Of a stretch of DNA of 64,000 nt, positions 1 through 11,728 are shown one piece after another (position 1 is the stretch's first letter; every line of letters starts with the position of its first letter). Source of the stretch: the human T2T-CHM13v2.0 reference genome, Homo sapiens; NCBI RefSeq assembly GCF_009914755.1, contig NC_060929.1. One strand, written 5' to 3'. The position numbers and the translations under genes are program-made. The notes beneath the pieces were generated by a model. It did no database searches, was not told where the DNA came from, and saw only the letters and a list, made by a program, of their open reading frames with translations.

Positions 1-325
1 AATGAGGCATTCTCCACACAAAAGAGCAAATGTATTGACAATTGATGTAGAGCTGAAGTGCTGAAACTTGCTCACTGACACATTTCCACTCAACACTAAT
101 GCATTAGACCCTCAATGCAGAATAAAAGTTTACAAATAAAAGCAAATAGAAACACAGTCACTACCTGTGATTTCTGCTTATGTTTCCACTCCCAATCATA
201 TTCTTAGCTACTTTTGGACCCCATGGGGGAAAAGAAACCAGAACGTAATAAAACTTCTAACATCAGAACTACCAGTAACTGAAAGAAGAGAAAAAAAAAA
301 CACAACAAAAGAGAAACGAAGCCGT

Positions 326-774
326 CTAGAGTGCAAGGTATCCCAGGAGCGTGGGCTCTTAAGTACCCGCTCCACGGAGGCAGCGGGCCAGCTGCATGTC
401 TCTGGGCATAATTGTCATGTCACGTGCCTGGCATGGATGGCACACAGGTTGGTGTCTTCAAAGAGGCGCACCAGGTAGGCCTTGCTGGGCTCCTGCAGGG
501 CGCTAGTGGTTGCGCTCTGGAAGCGCAGGTCCGGGCTGATGGCCTGGGTGATCTCGCGCACCAGGCGCTGGAAGTGCAGCTTGCGCAGGAGCAGCTGAGT
601 GGACTTCTGGTACTTTCTGATTTTGCAGAGTGCCAGGGTGCCAGACCTGTAGCCGTGGGGCTTCTTGATCCCTCCTGTAGGCGGCGCCCTCTTGCTGGCA
701 GCTTTGGTGGCCAGGGGCTTCCTGGGGGCCTCCGAGGTGGTGGCTTTGCAGGTGTTCTGCTTGATGTCCACTGT
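326..774 (-). pseudogene. H3Y1: Histone H3.Y/H3.X-like pseudogene (symbol given is the closest parent gene, not this locus)
   Basis: Translation ..[91 protein letters not shown] has H3.Y-diagnostic residues ([46 protein letters not shown]). ATG is replaced by ACA (774-772, context gcaccACAg). A TGTCA tandem duplication at 413-422 shifts the frame and gives a TGA. The shifted frame continues IMPRDMQLARCLRGAGT* (TAA 361-359), then EPTLLGYLAL* (TAG 328-326). Confidence 0.93.
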
Positions 775-1082
775 GGTGCAGGGCCGCGGCCTCTCCCCTG
801 TCCTTGGGCTGAGCCTGGCCAGCTGCAGGCAGCTCTGGCGTCAGGGAGCGAGGGCGGTGGGTTTGTGGACAGGACTCAGAGAGCCTGTGAGTTGAGATCC
901 GTGCAGAAGACGCAACCCCACTCTTAGCCCCTTTCAATCCAGCCCTAGACTTACCTGCTCACAGGTCTGCGGGTCAGGCTGCTCGTTCGCCCTGTGGGGT
1001 CCTGGGCTTCCGAGGTCTACACACCGGCAGTGGGAATCTTCTTGCAGCTAGTCTTGCTCTGTGGTCTCAACCAAGTTTAGAG

Positions 1083-1111
1083 TCTTATAATTCGCTGCGA
1101 TGATTGCATTA
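1083..1111 (-). promoter_or_regulatory. Putative core promoter of the H3.Y-like copy: TATA box plus adjacent DUX4-like motif
   Basis: Minus strand reads TAATGCAATCA (1111-1101), then 10 nt later TTATAAGA (1090-1083), about 310 nt upstream of the former start codon. H3.X/Y are established DUX4 targets. Confidence 0.55.
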
Positions 1112-1428
1112 GAGCCACCTGGCTAGCTTCCATTGCACTCATTGCTTCACGAGATTTTTAATTTAATGAGAACGAGCTGTCCCCATCCCATCCTACAAAG
1201 TAACTGGTCAGGGCTGAGTGCAGTCCTGGGGGTAAGGGGATGACATGCCCAGGTGTCAGCTCAAAGGATCTCTGCATCATCCTGAGGTGGGAGGCAGGGC
1301 AAGGAGCACCAATGAGGTTCTCCTCCCTCCCCCACCACCCCCCACAGTAAAAGCTTATCAAGTCTATGGGTAGTGCCACACCAAAGGGTGGTGTTACCTT
1401 CCATTGTATTTACGGGTTCACAGATTTG

Positions 1429-1439
1429 TAACCTAATCA
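1429..1439 (+). promoter_or_regulatory. Consensus DUX4 binding motif
   Basis: TAACCTAATCA matches TAAYYYAATCA exactly. Confidence 0.55.
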
Positions 1440-1533
1440 AGGTATGAAAAACTAAGTTCATGGGTTCCTCCAACACTCAAAAGAGGGGCAGATATCTGGA
1501 GTATGCATTATGGGATGGATCATAGGTGGTGGT

Positions 1534-1921
1534 TGATACGGTTTTGTTGTCACCACCTAAAATCTCATCTTGAATTGTAATCCCTATAGTCCCCATACTC
1601 CCCATGTCAAGGGAGAGACCAGGTGGAGGTAACTGAATCATGGGGGCAGTTTCCCAGTTTCCCCCATGCTGTTCTTGGGATAGTGAGTGGGTTCTCATAA
1701 GATCTAATGGTTTTATAAGGGACTCTTCCCTCTCACTCTTCGCACTTCTCTCTCCTGCTGTCTTGTGAAGAAGGACGTGTTTGCTGCCCCTCCTGCCACG
1801 ATTGTAAGTTTCCTGAGGCCTCCCCAGCCATTCAGAACAGTGAGTCAATTAAACCTCTTTGCTTTATAAATTATCCAGTCTCAGATATTTCTTTATAGCA
1901 GTGTGACAACAGACTAATACC
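1534..1921 (+). mobile_element. THE1D-like solo LTR (ERVL-MaLR)
   Basis: Runs tgatacggttt..aaatctcatcttgaattgta..ggtaactgaatcatgggggc..gattgtaagtttcctgaggcctccccagcc..agactaatac. 5-bp TSD GTGGT at 1529-1533 and 1922-1926. Confidence 0.92.
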
Positions 1922-4271
1922 GTGGTCATCCAGAATTCTGCCTGCAACAGAGATTCTGACAGTTCACATTTTATGATAGTAATGGAAGTATTTATAATAA
2001 AAACATGTTTTAATAAAGTTGTATCTTAGGCAGTTGATGAGGCATGAAGTTGTTTTATCAGGTGCTCTGATGGTACATAGCACCAGGAAAGAGAATGTGA
2101 AAAATCTAAGTAGCCACTCCTCTAGCTGTTATTTCTCTGTGGCAGGGATGTTCCTGGGGCATTATTCTCTGCTAAGAAACACATATTGGAAACTGCAGAG
2201 AGGCTCATGGGAAAGCGGAAGCTTTTCTGATAAAATGATCCTGTGTGAATATCACTGATGCTCTTCTTGGCTCCTCCTCAGTCTTGGACCTGGATGTGAT
2301 GGCTGGATTGAGCCATCTTTCCATTGCCCAGGTTGGAAATGACAGAGAAGCCATCCCTGACTTTATTGAGCCATTTATGTGAGTTAACAGGTGATACCTC
2401 CAGGTGGGTTCATGAGAACAAAATTCCTGTTTCAATCCATCTTACACTTTTCTGACACTTGTAGCAGAAAGCAACACTCATCCATATAATGCATGCCATT
2501 CGCAGACAAGAAATTTTATGAGATCTATAGTAACAAAATAAGTAACACCATTACAATTTGTATGTATATTATGTCTTTTAATACTAATGATTTGATTGAA
2601 AAGAATGTATTATTAAAAATAAATCCCATGGCATTAGCTCCAAGTGCTTTGGTAGCAGGAGCTGTAAATTTTGATCAATATTTAATATCAAATAATGTTT
2701 AGTTTTTATAAATAAATATATAGAAAGATAATTGAATATGTCTACAGAGAGGGTGAGTATAGATAAATTGTTAGAAATAAGAGTAAATATATATAATGGT
2801 GTAATGAGTGATAATGATTTGAGTGTTAGACATAAGTTGATGAGTATTGAATTGTGTAGTCTAGAGGATTGAAATGTTATCACCAAGAAATGATAACTCT
2901 TCAAAATAACCCTGGAGAATCCAGAGAGATTAGATTCTGATTGTCAGTGAGTCAAAGGAAAGGCTGTCAATGACATATGCAATGGACACTATTACGAGGG
3001 CCATAGGGTGGAGTGTTGAGTTTAAAAGACATTAATACATCACAGAACAATTATTTTTGTTACTTGTTGTCCAGAATTCTGCCACAACAAACTGAAGGCA
3101 CCAAATGGATATGAAAAACTCATTTAATACAGCAAAATGTTTCTTACTTCTTTTTTTCCCCTGTAAGTTGATTCAAGTACAAAATTAATGAGGTCAAGAT
3201 TGTATCTTAGATCCCTGGATAGCCTAGTTAATTTGCACAAAGAAAATTAAATTTTATGACTATGGACTCTGTGACTAACTTTGTCAGGTCACTTATGAAA
3301 TATGTGTCACTGATCACAAGTGCAATTAAGTGAAAGTGCAAAGATGTTTTAGAGAAAAATCTGCATCGTTACTAAGAAACTGAACAACTAAAAATACAGA
3401 ATGGCAGAATGTAAGCATATGTTATTCATTTTATAGCTTAGTGGTTTTGATAAATATTTCTAATTGCAGAATTCTTTATTCATATACTTGAATGCCCAGT
3501 GTGTAAAACAGAGAGTTGCACTAGTTGATGAGGGAAAAAAATTGGGGTCTGTAAACCAACATTGTAAGGATTCTTATGTCTTCCTACTTCACTAACTCAT
3601 GTCCTTTCATCTACCACCAAAACTACCCTCTGAAATAATTTAAAAAATGTGAGAATTAGGGCTCTGTGAGACACTGTTGTCAAAGCACTGATGTGGCCAG
3701 ACACTCTCATTTTAGAAATTAGGAAATGACAACTTGCCTGAGCTCACCCAGTCAGGCAGTGGCAAATATGGGACTTAAACTCAGGTAGTGACATTCTTTC
3801 TGTATAGTGTAATTCAATAATTCACATTTATTTATCTCCTGCTTAACAGACTGAGTTGAGCTTTCCAGATTGATGAGTAACTCTGCTCCACACTGTTATT
3901 TATTCAGGGATCCAGATTTGTTGCAATTCAATTATTCCATTGCTGTCTTGTCATCATTTTTGTGAGGAAAATTTGTCTGCAAAATACTCTAGTTGACACT
4001 GAGGAGAAGAGAGTCTGGGAGGGGACTGCCCATGGAATGTTGAGCTAGACCTGAGAGTGGAACTTGGCGTAAGAGTGGACACATGGCTGAAGTTAACATC
4101 AAATGAGGCTGGACAGCCACATGCCCAGAAGACAGGAAGACAGATTTTGATGAACAATTAGGAATATCTATCATTGAACCCTGTTAATTCCCATTATCTT
4201 CAGTTTTAATAATAAACTTACTAAATAGGTTTAAGAATTCTTCAGAGTTCTTTCACATCAGTTTTCTCCTA

Positions 4272-4629
4272 TGTCTTAGCCCCTTTGCACTGCTATAACA
4301 AAATATCTTAGGCTGGGTAATTTATAATGAACAGAAATGTATTTCTTACTGTTCTGGAGGCTGGGAGTTCAAGATCAAGGTGCCAACAGTGGTGTCTGGT
4401 GAGGGCTACTCTAAGGTTTCAAAATGCCACCTTATGACTCTGTCCTCATGTGGAGGAAGGAGGAAGGGCAAGAGTGGCCTGTGACCGTTTTGTAAGAATG
4501 CTAATTTGTTCATGAGGTGGGACCTCTCAAGGCCTAATCACCAACCTAAAGGCCTCATCTCTTAATACCAACACAATGGGAATTAAGTGTCAACATGAAT
4601 TTTGGAGAGCATGTAGTCAAATCACAGCA
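4272..4629 (-). mobile_element. MaLR solo LTR (MST/MLT1A group)
   Basis: tgtcttag..ctgctataacaaaata..ggctgggtaatttataatgaacagaaat..ttctggaggctgggagttcaagatcaaggtgcc..caacatgaattttggag..cacagca. Confidence 0.85.
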
Positions 4630-6134
4630 TGAAAACCTAGTAAAGTTCAAAGAGCAGGAGTATGCTTACAATCTTAAAAGTGAGCTTTAGGAAGTACAGC
4701 AATAAAGTCCTTTTAAATCAAATGTTTGTACAGCCTCTAACAATGGCAGCTCATTAGTGGAAACTATCTCTTTGGCCAGGTTACAAAATCTTTCCTCTTT
4801 CTTTTTGTTTCTATTCCCTTACACATATTTTAGACCCTGTAGATTTTCTGATTCCCTCGGTAGAGGAAAGTGTAAGGTATTCTTGCACCAGGGTAGTATT
4901 CTGTTGGGGTCTTAGTTGATTGATTTTTGGGGCTTTTTTATTACTTGAATGTATTATGACTGGCCAACACTTTCAACATAGTGAAAGGACATAAAATAGA
5001 CATTAACATAAAAATAGCTTCAGACAGATTAGTTTTTGAATAATATGAAACTCACAGACAAAAATCAAATGCTATGATACTATGGGTCAAGAACTGACTG
5101 ATGTGAGTAAACTTCTTGTTTTCAAAAAGATAAATGAATACATGGCTGAGCTCATATTTGCTTTTCTGGTATTAATATCTTATGTGTGATAAAATATCAA
5201 ATGTGAGAACATAACTTGGTGAACTGAAAACAAATAAGCAAAACCTCTCTGTATCTCTGTATTTATATCTCCCATTGCCTTGTTTCAGAGGGAATTTATG
5301 GCAGTTTTGAAGGTTAAGAAAAGTTATATTGTAGGTAAGAGGCTCCTAGATTCTGCTGTGTGAAATCTTTTTTTTTTTCTTGCAGTGTTTAAAAGGCACG
5401 GGAAAAAGTTCTCTCTAGTCAAAAAAAGTTGGAAGATGATGCATACTTTAGTCCCTTTTAGAGATTTACAGTAAACATCAACATAGTAAATTATGTAAGG
5501 TGAACTGACTAAAAATATTCTGTTTAACGTTAATGCTGTGTCTTCTGCACTGGTTTGACTATGAAGCACACATTTCTCCTCTCAAAACATCTATTGTCAT
5601 TGTACAGATTATGAATTAATATTTGTTGTTATTTTTTAACCATTGATAAGACTATCTCAGACTTTTGAAAACAAGATAGAAGGCATATATAAAATGTCAC
5701 AAATATTTGATTTTTATTTAATTGTTGAAATATACAAAATGAGTGCAATTATAGAAATCTATAATATTGCCTGAGAATTTCAAATTTCACTTTCCGAAAT
5801 AGCATTACCAAAGTTTCAAAAAGCCAAAGTACAGTTATTCCTGGGAATACATTTTTCATTGTTCTTTTCTTGAGTTTCGATGTTTCCTCTTACACATATG
5901 TGATATTACATAAATGCACAAATATGGCCATTCCATTTATGCTTCTGGCTCTCTTCTTTTTTTCCCTGATTCCCACCCTGCCTTTCTTTTTCCTTTCAGC
6001 CACATTGGCACTCCTGTCTCTACTCCAGAGAATGCACATCAGCCTATTACATATTATTCCATATATTTCATCTGGAATCGTATATAAAAAGACACACACA
6101 CACGTGCGTATATACACACACACATTTAAGGACG

Positions 6135-6340
6135 AGCTTCTGGAGGTCAACTTCTTGGATTTGCACCTTGTCTCTGACACTTACCTTGTGACCTTGGAGA
6201 ATCTTTCTAACCTCTCAGTAACTCAGCTGATTTATTTGAAAACTGGGCTAACGGGATGTTGTGAAGATTAAGTGCATTATTTCATGTTACGTGTTTAGAA
6301 AGGTACCTGATGTGTAATGAGTGTTCAATAATGTCAGTGA
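6135..6340 (+). mobile_element. MIR SINE
   Basis: MIR core-like gtgaccttggagaatctttctaacctctc..gttgtgaagattaa..gtgttcaataatgtcag. Confidence 0.7.
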
Positions 6341-6654
6341 CTAGTATAATTTGTATTATATTATTTCATTTGTTGGTAGCTTGCTTTTCATAAGGTGATC
6401 ATATATACACAATATTCTTCATCTTACTTTATTCATTTATAATAGTTTTACTTTGTGGAAATTATTCCAAATCAACTAATTTACCTTAAGTCAATGTCTT
6501 CATATTATTAGATGGCAAATTATTCAGCCATTTTCCTTGTCATGACATTCACTTATTTCTAGTGTTTATTGTAAATGATGCTACAATAAACACCTAGCTA
6601 TGTATGTCCTTCTGCATCGGTTTATTTTCCCCTTTAAAATAAAAAAAAAAAATT

Positions 6655-6905
6655 GGCCGGGCGCGGTGGCTCATGACTGTAATCCCAGCACTTTGGGAGG
6701 CTGAGGCAGGCAGATTACCTGAGGTCAGGAGTTCGAGACCAGCCTGACCAACATGGTGAAACCCTGTCTCTACTAAAATTACAAAACTTAGCCGGGCGTG
6801 ATGGTGGGCACCTGTAGTCCCAGCTACTCAGGAGGCCTGGTGACAGAGCGAGACCCTGTCTCAAAAAAAAATAAATAAAATAAAATGAAATAAAAAAATA
6901 AGAAA
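6655..6905 (+). mobile_element. AluS with an internal deletion in the right arm
   Basis: ggccgggcgcggtggctc.. The right arm jumps from ctactcaggagg to cctggtgacagagcgag. A-rich tail. Confidence 0.93.
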
Positions 6906-7540
6906 ATATTGTGGTGAAATACACATAACATAAAGTTTTTACCACCTTAGCAGTTTGTAAGTGTACAGTTCAGTAGTGTTAACTACATACACATGTTGTG
7001 CAACCAATATTCAAAACTTTCTTCATCTTGAAGTACTGAAATTCTATATCCATTAAGTACCAACTCATTTTTCCCCCCTTCCACATAGCGCCTGGAAACC
7101 ACCCTTCTACTTTCTGTCTCTATCAATGTGACTAGTCTGGGTGCCTTGTGTAAGGGGAATTATACAGTATCTTTCTTCCTGTGACTGGTTTATTTCATTT
7201 AGAATGATGTCCTCAAGTTTCATCCATGTTGTAGCAGATGACAGAATTTTCTTCCTTATAAAGCCCAATCATATTTTATTGCATGCATATATTATAATAC
7301 CTCATCTTCTTTATCCATTCTCCCCTTGGTTGTTGGTTGTTGGACACTTGTGTTGCTTTTATCTTTTGGCTGTTATAAATAATGCTGCTAAGACCATGGG
7401 TATGCAAATAACTCTTCCAAACTGCTTTCAATTCTTTTGAGTATATACTCAGAAGTGGAATTGCTAAATCATATGGTAATTCTATTTTTCATATTTTTAG
7501 GTACCGCCGTACTGTTTACCATAGTGGCTGTGCCATTTTA
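6906..7540 (-). mobile_element. Old L1M (L1MA/MB-type) 3' end
   Basis: gtgtacagttcagtagtgttaa..tcctcaagtttcatccatgttgtagca..agaagtggaattgctaaatcatatggtaattctattttt. Confidence 0.85.
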
Positions 7541-8214
7541 CTATATTGGTTTTTATTTCCGTTGGTTTCCTGTTAACATTTTGATCCTGGTGTAGATTAA
7601 TATCTTTCAGAGATTATTTGGATAGAAATAAGAAAAAAGTGGTTTTAGTAGTGAAATCCACTAAAACCTATGGAATCATCCAGGAAGGAGTGTAGAAGAA
7701 CCAGGTTTAGAATTGATGTAGTTACTGTCTAACACATCATAAAGAGTTTTTGATAATTATGTAATAATTGCTGTAGAAACTAAAAGGTTAATCTTTTGAC
7801 ATTTAAGTGTATAATAATTATATTGTCATATGTTCATGGGTGTCTTCAGAAGCTGAAAATTCACCTTTGTATCTGAAAATGTCAGCACCTTTGCTATTAA
7901 TAGCAGTAGTTTCTTATCAAGATCCAGAAATTATTTTTGAAACAGATGTTTTATTTTTCCTGTTCATTGTCCTTCTATTCTCTAGGTTTTAAATATACAA
8001 GTTATCTAATAAATGACCTTCATTGGCACCCATGGTCTACTTATTATATCTTGGTTCTATAGAAATTATGTGATTTTAATTATATTTCTAAATTATGTTA
8101 TGAAAATAATTTATATTTGTGGCTACCAGAAATCAACAATATGACAGATCCTAGTTTTCTACATACTTGTTTTGTTCTAGCAGGTGTGGAGTGGACCGTA
8201 GGATTCCTCATTTC

Positions 8215-8265
8215 CTTTTTTTTTTTTTTTTTTTGAAGTCTCACTTTGTCGCCCAGGCTGGAGTG
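8215..8265 (-). mobile_element. Extremely 5'-truncated Alu insertion
   Basis: Poly-T followed by gaagtctcactttgtcgcccaggctggagtg, flanked by a perfect 14-bp TSD GGATTCCTCATTTC (8201-8214 and 8266-8279). Confidence 0.9.
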
Positions 8266-9617
8266 GGATTCCTCATTTCTAATGGGCTTCCATCTGAGGC
8301 TGGTGCTGCTGTAGGGCTGGTGTAGGTCACACCTTGTGCAGCAGGGGACTAGAGGACCAACAAAGGTCTGGCTCCTATGGCACCAAAGAAGCCAGTTTTT
8401 AAAAGTAGCTTTTAATCTAAGGCATTATCTTTGTTGATAATGCATTTTTCCTAAGGTCAAAAAATTTATTCAGTTTGAACATGCTGAATTGATTCTTTTG
8501 ATTTTGTATCTCTTTGCTCACATCATAACCACTGCATTCTTTTAACTATAGTCAACGCTTTTCCTTCTTTGCGTCTTTTAATTTTTCCTCTTTGGCACTG
8601 AAGTACTGTGTTTTTCTGAGCCCCTAGATTGAAAATATCCAGTTACCAAATCTTTAACTTTTAACAGACTTGACATATCAAACTAATATATACGTATACA
8701 TACTATAATTATATGTAAACTAGTATTATAAAGTATTATGGTAATTAGAATTCTTATATTTCTAAACACAGAAGACCATGTAGAAATGATGAGATAGTAA
8801 TGACTATTGCATTATTATTTATCTTATGGAAATTCTGTATTCCGTCAAACATACATGTGGTATGTGTCCAACATATAATTATTGCATTTAGAGAAATATT
8901 ATGTCACCACTGATACACATGAAAACAAATACAATCTTCTTTTAACTAAAATTAGATGCCTTGAAGGGAAGGGGTATAGTTTACTAGAGCATAGAGCTGG
9001 CTATCAGGAATCAGAATTTTATGACCTACATCAGGGTCCCCAGTTTCCAGGCCATGAACCAGTACTAGTCCGTGGCCTGTTAACAACCAGGCTGTGCAGC
9101 AGGAGGTGAGCAGTGGGCAAGTGAGCAAAGCTTCATCTGTATTCATAGCTGCTCCCCATCACTCACATTAATGCCTGAGCTCTGCCTCCTGTCAGATCAG
9201 CAGTAGCATTAGATTCTCATAAGAGCACAAACCCTATTCTGAACTATGCATGAGAGGATCTAGGTTGAGTGCTCCTTATGAGACTCTACTGCTTGATTAC
9301 CTGAGGTGGAGCCGAGGCAGTGATGCTAGTGCTGGGGAGCGGCTGCATATAAGATGAACATTAGCAGAGAGGTTTGACTGCACAGACAGCATGATAAATC
9401 AATTGTTTACAGACTCATATCAAAATCCTATCAGTGAGTGGCAAGTGACAATTAAGCTGCATCTGTTGGCAGGCTTTAAGTCCGAATGTGACAGTTATTT
9501 TAGCCTGCATGTGGCCCTGTCATTATTTTATTTACCACTTCTGCCCATGCCTCTTTCTTGCACTGCACACTTGTCTCAGTCAAGTTTTGGCAAACTCATG
9601 AGCTAAGCCTAGCCAAA

Positions 9618-11728
9618 ATGAGTAAAAAACAAACATCACTGGAGAGCTTCTTTGAAAAGGAGGAAAGACCCAATGATGAGACAGAAGAAGACACTAAGAT
9701 TGCCAACAAAAAGAAAGCTGCATTTAAAAGAAAATACCGAGAATCCTACTAAAATTATGGGTTCAATGCAAAAGGTGATTCACAGTCTCCAAACCCACTT
9801 TGTATAATATGTGGTGATCACCTATCCAACGAAGCCACGAAACCTTCAAAACTGCTTTGTCTCATGGAGACCAACCACTCTGCATTAAAAGACAAGCCTT
9901 TGGAGTTTTTCAAATGAAAAAAAAATGTGAACACAAAGAGAAGCAATTATTGAAGGCCACCACTGCATCAGATGCGTCTGCACTGACAGCATCATTCTTG
10001 CGGCTAACCACATTGCTAAAGCTAAGAAGCCCTTTACTGTTGGTGAAGAGTTGATCCTGCCTGCTGCTAAGGACATTTGTTGTAAACTTTTAGGAGACAC
10101 TGCAGTTCAAAAGGTGGTACATGTTCCTCTTTCAGCCAGAACCATAACTAAATGAATTGATAAAATAGAAGATACTGAGACACCATTGTTAGAGAGGATT
10201 AATGAGTCACTGTGGTATGCAATCCAGGTTGATGAATCTACTGATGTTGCAACAATGTAACAATACTTGTTTGTTTGTTTTTGAGATGGAGTCTCTGTCG
10301 CACAGGCTGGAGTGTGCTTCCTGGGTTCAAACAATTATCCTGCCTCAGTCTCCCGAGTAGTTGGGATTACAGGCGCCCACCACCGCGCCTGGCTAATTTT
10401 TGTATTTTTAATAGAGACGGGGTTTCATCATCTTGGCCAGGCTGGTGTCGAACTCCTGACCTTGTGATCCACCTGCCTCAGCCTTCCAAAGTGCAGGGAT
10501 TATAGGCATGAGCCACTGCCCCGGCCAACAATGCTTATTTTTGTGCAATATATTTTCAGGAGGATGTGCATGAGGTAATGTGTGCACTTTTCTTCCCAAC
10601 CAACACCAGAGCTGCAGCACTAGTCAAGTCTTTTAATGATTACATATCAGGAAAACTTAACTGGTCATTTTGTTTTGGTATATGCATGGATAGAGTGGCC
10701 ATGACTGGACAGCTTTCTGGTTTCACTACTTGGGTTAAAGAGGTTGCTTCTGAATGTGAGTCTATGCACTGTGTCATCCGTAGAGAAATGCTGGCAAGCC
10801 AAAAAGTGTCAGCTGAACTTAACATCATTTTGCAGAATGTAATTAAAATTATCAACCACATTAAAGTACATGCCCTTAACTTATGTCTGTTCACTAAGCT
10901 CTGTGAGGAGATGGATGAGGAGCACACCTGTCTTCTCTTACACCTAGAACTGAGATGGCTTTCTAAAGGTAGATCACTGGCCAGAGTTTTTGAGTTATGA
11001 GAGCTACTCCAGAGATTTCTTTTAGAAAAAGTCACCACTGGCAGCACATTTCAGTGACACAGAATGGGCCACAAAATTTGCTTACTCATGTGACGTATTC
11101 AACCTGCTCAACAAACTCAATCTGTCACTTCAGGGTAGAATGACAAGTGTGTTCAAGTCGGCAGAAAAAGTGACTATGTTCAAAGCCAAATTGGAATTAT
11201 GAGGGTGATGAGTGAACATTTTTTTTACAAGATTCAATCATTAGCAGGAATTTTGAAAGAGATTGAGCCAGAGCCTTCTTTTTCCCAGGTGGTACATGAT
11301 TACCTACTTCAGGTTTCAAAAGAGTTTGAGCATTGCTTCCCAATGATAAAAGACCCCTGAACTGGGAAGGAAAGGATCTGCTTCCCATTTGTAAATAAAC
11401 CAGAGGAATCCACTTTGTCCATGCTAGAAGAGGATTAACGGCTTGAGATTGCAAATGACAGTGGCCGTGAAAGCATGTTTGAGACAACTTCAAATCTCCA
11501 TATGTTCTGGGTTAAAGCCGAGGTGAAACATCCTGAGATGGCCACAGAAGCACTGAAAAGCCTGCTTCATTTCCAGCTTCTTACTTTGTGAAGGACAGTT
11601 TTCTGTAGTGACAGCAACCAAAACAAGATTTCAGAGTAGACTGGACATAAGCAACAGACTTGGGGTGTCACTGTCTTCCATCACACCCAGATGAGACCCT
11701 CTAGTTACCAGCTCAGGGCTTCCACTGA
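9618..11728 (+). pseudogene. Disrupted hAT/Buster-type transposase (ZBED5/SCAND3-related)
   Basis: MSKKQTSLESFFEK..FKRKYRESY*..PLCIICGDHLSNEATKPSKL (BED finger-like), [40 protein letters not shown]. Many stops and frameshifts plus an Alu insertion. Confidence 0.85.
10270..10526 (-). mobile_element. AluS inserted in the Charlie3 transposase
   Basis: Antisense Alu with a short internal deletion. Degenerate TSD aacaatacttgttt / aacaatgcttattt. Confidence 0.92.

Noticed and set aside
281-320. A-rich tract as the poly-A tail of a processed pseudogene
   Set aside because: It is A-rich on the + strand, so T-rich in the gene's sense. No replication-dependent histone stem-loop is seen either.
415-771. 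118-aa ORF as a functional truncated histone H3
   Set aside because: No ATG (in-frame TGA at 843-841 upstream), the frameshift removes the last histone-fold helix, and many conserved Arg/Pro residues are substituted.
412-927. 171-aa plus-strand ORF, with overlapping ORFs 167-478, 503-937 and 665-895
   Set aside because: Antisense or alternate-frame shadows of the GC-rich histone sequence, with no independent protein similarity.
10566-11000. 144-aa ZBED5/SCAND3-like ORF as a host gene exon
   Set aside because: It is an internal fragment of the decayed Charlie3 transposase, bounded by stops, frameshifts and an Alu.
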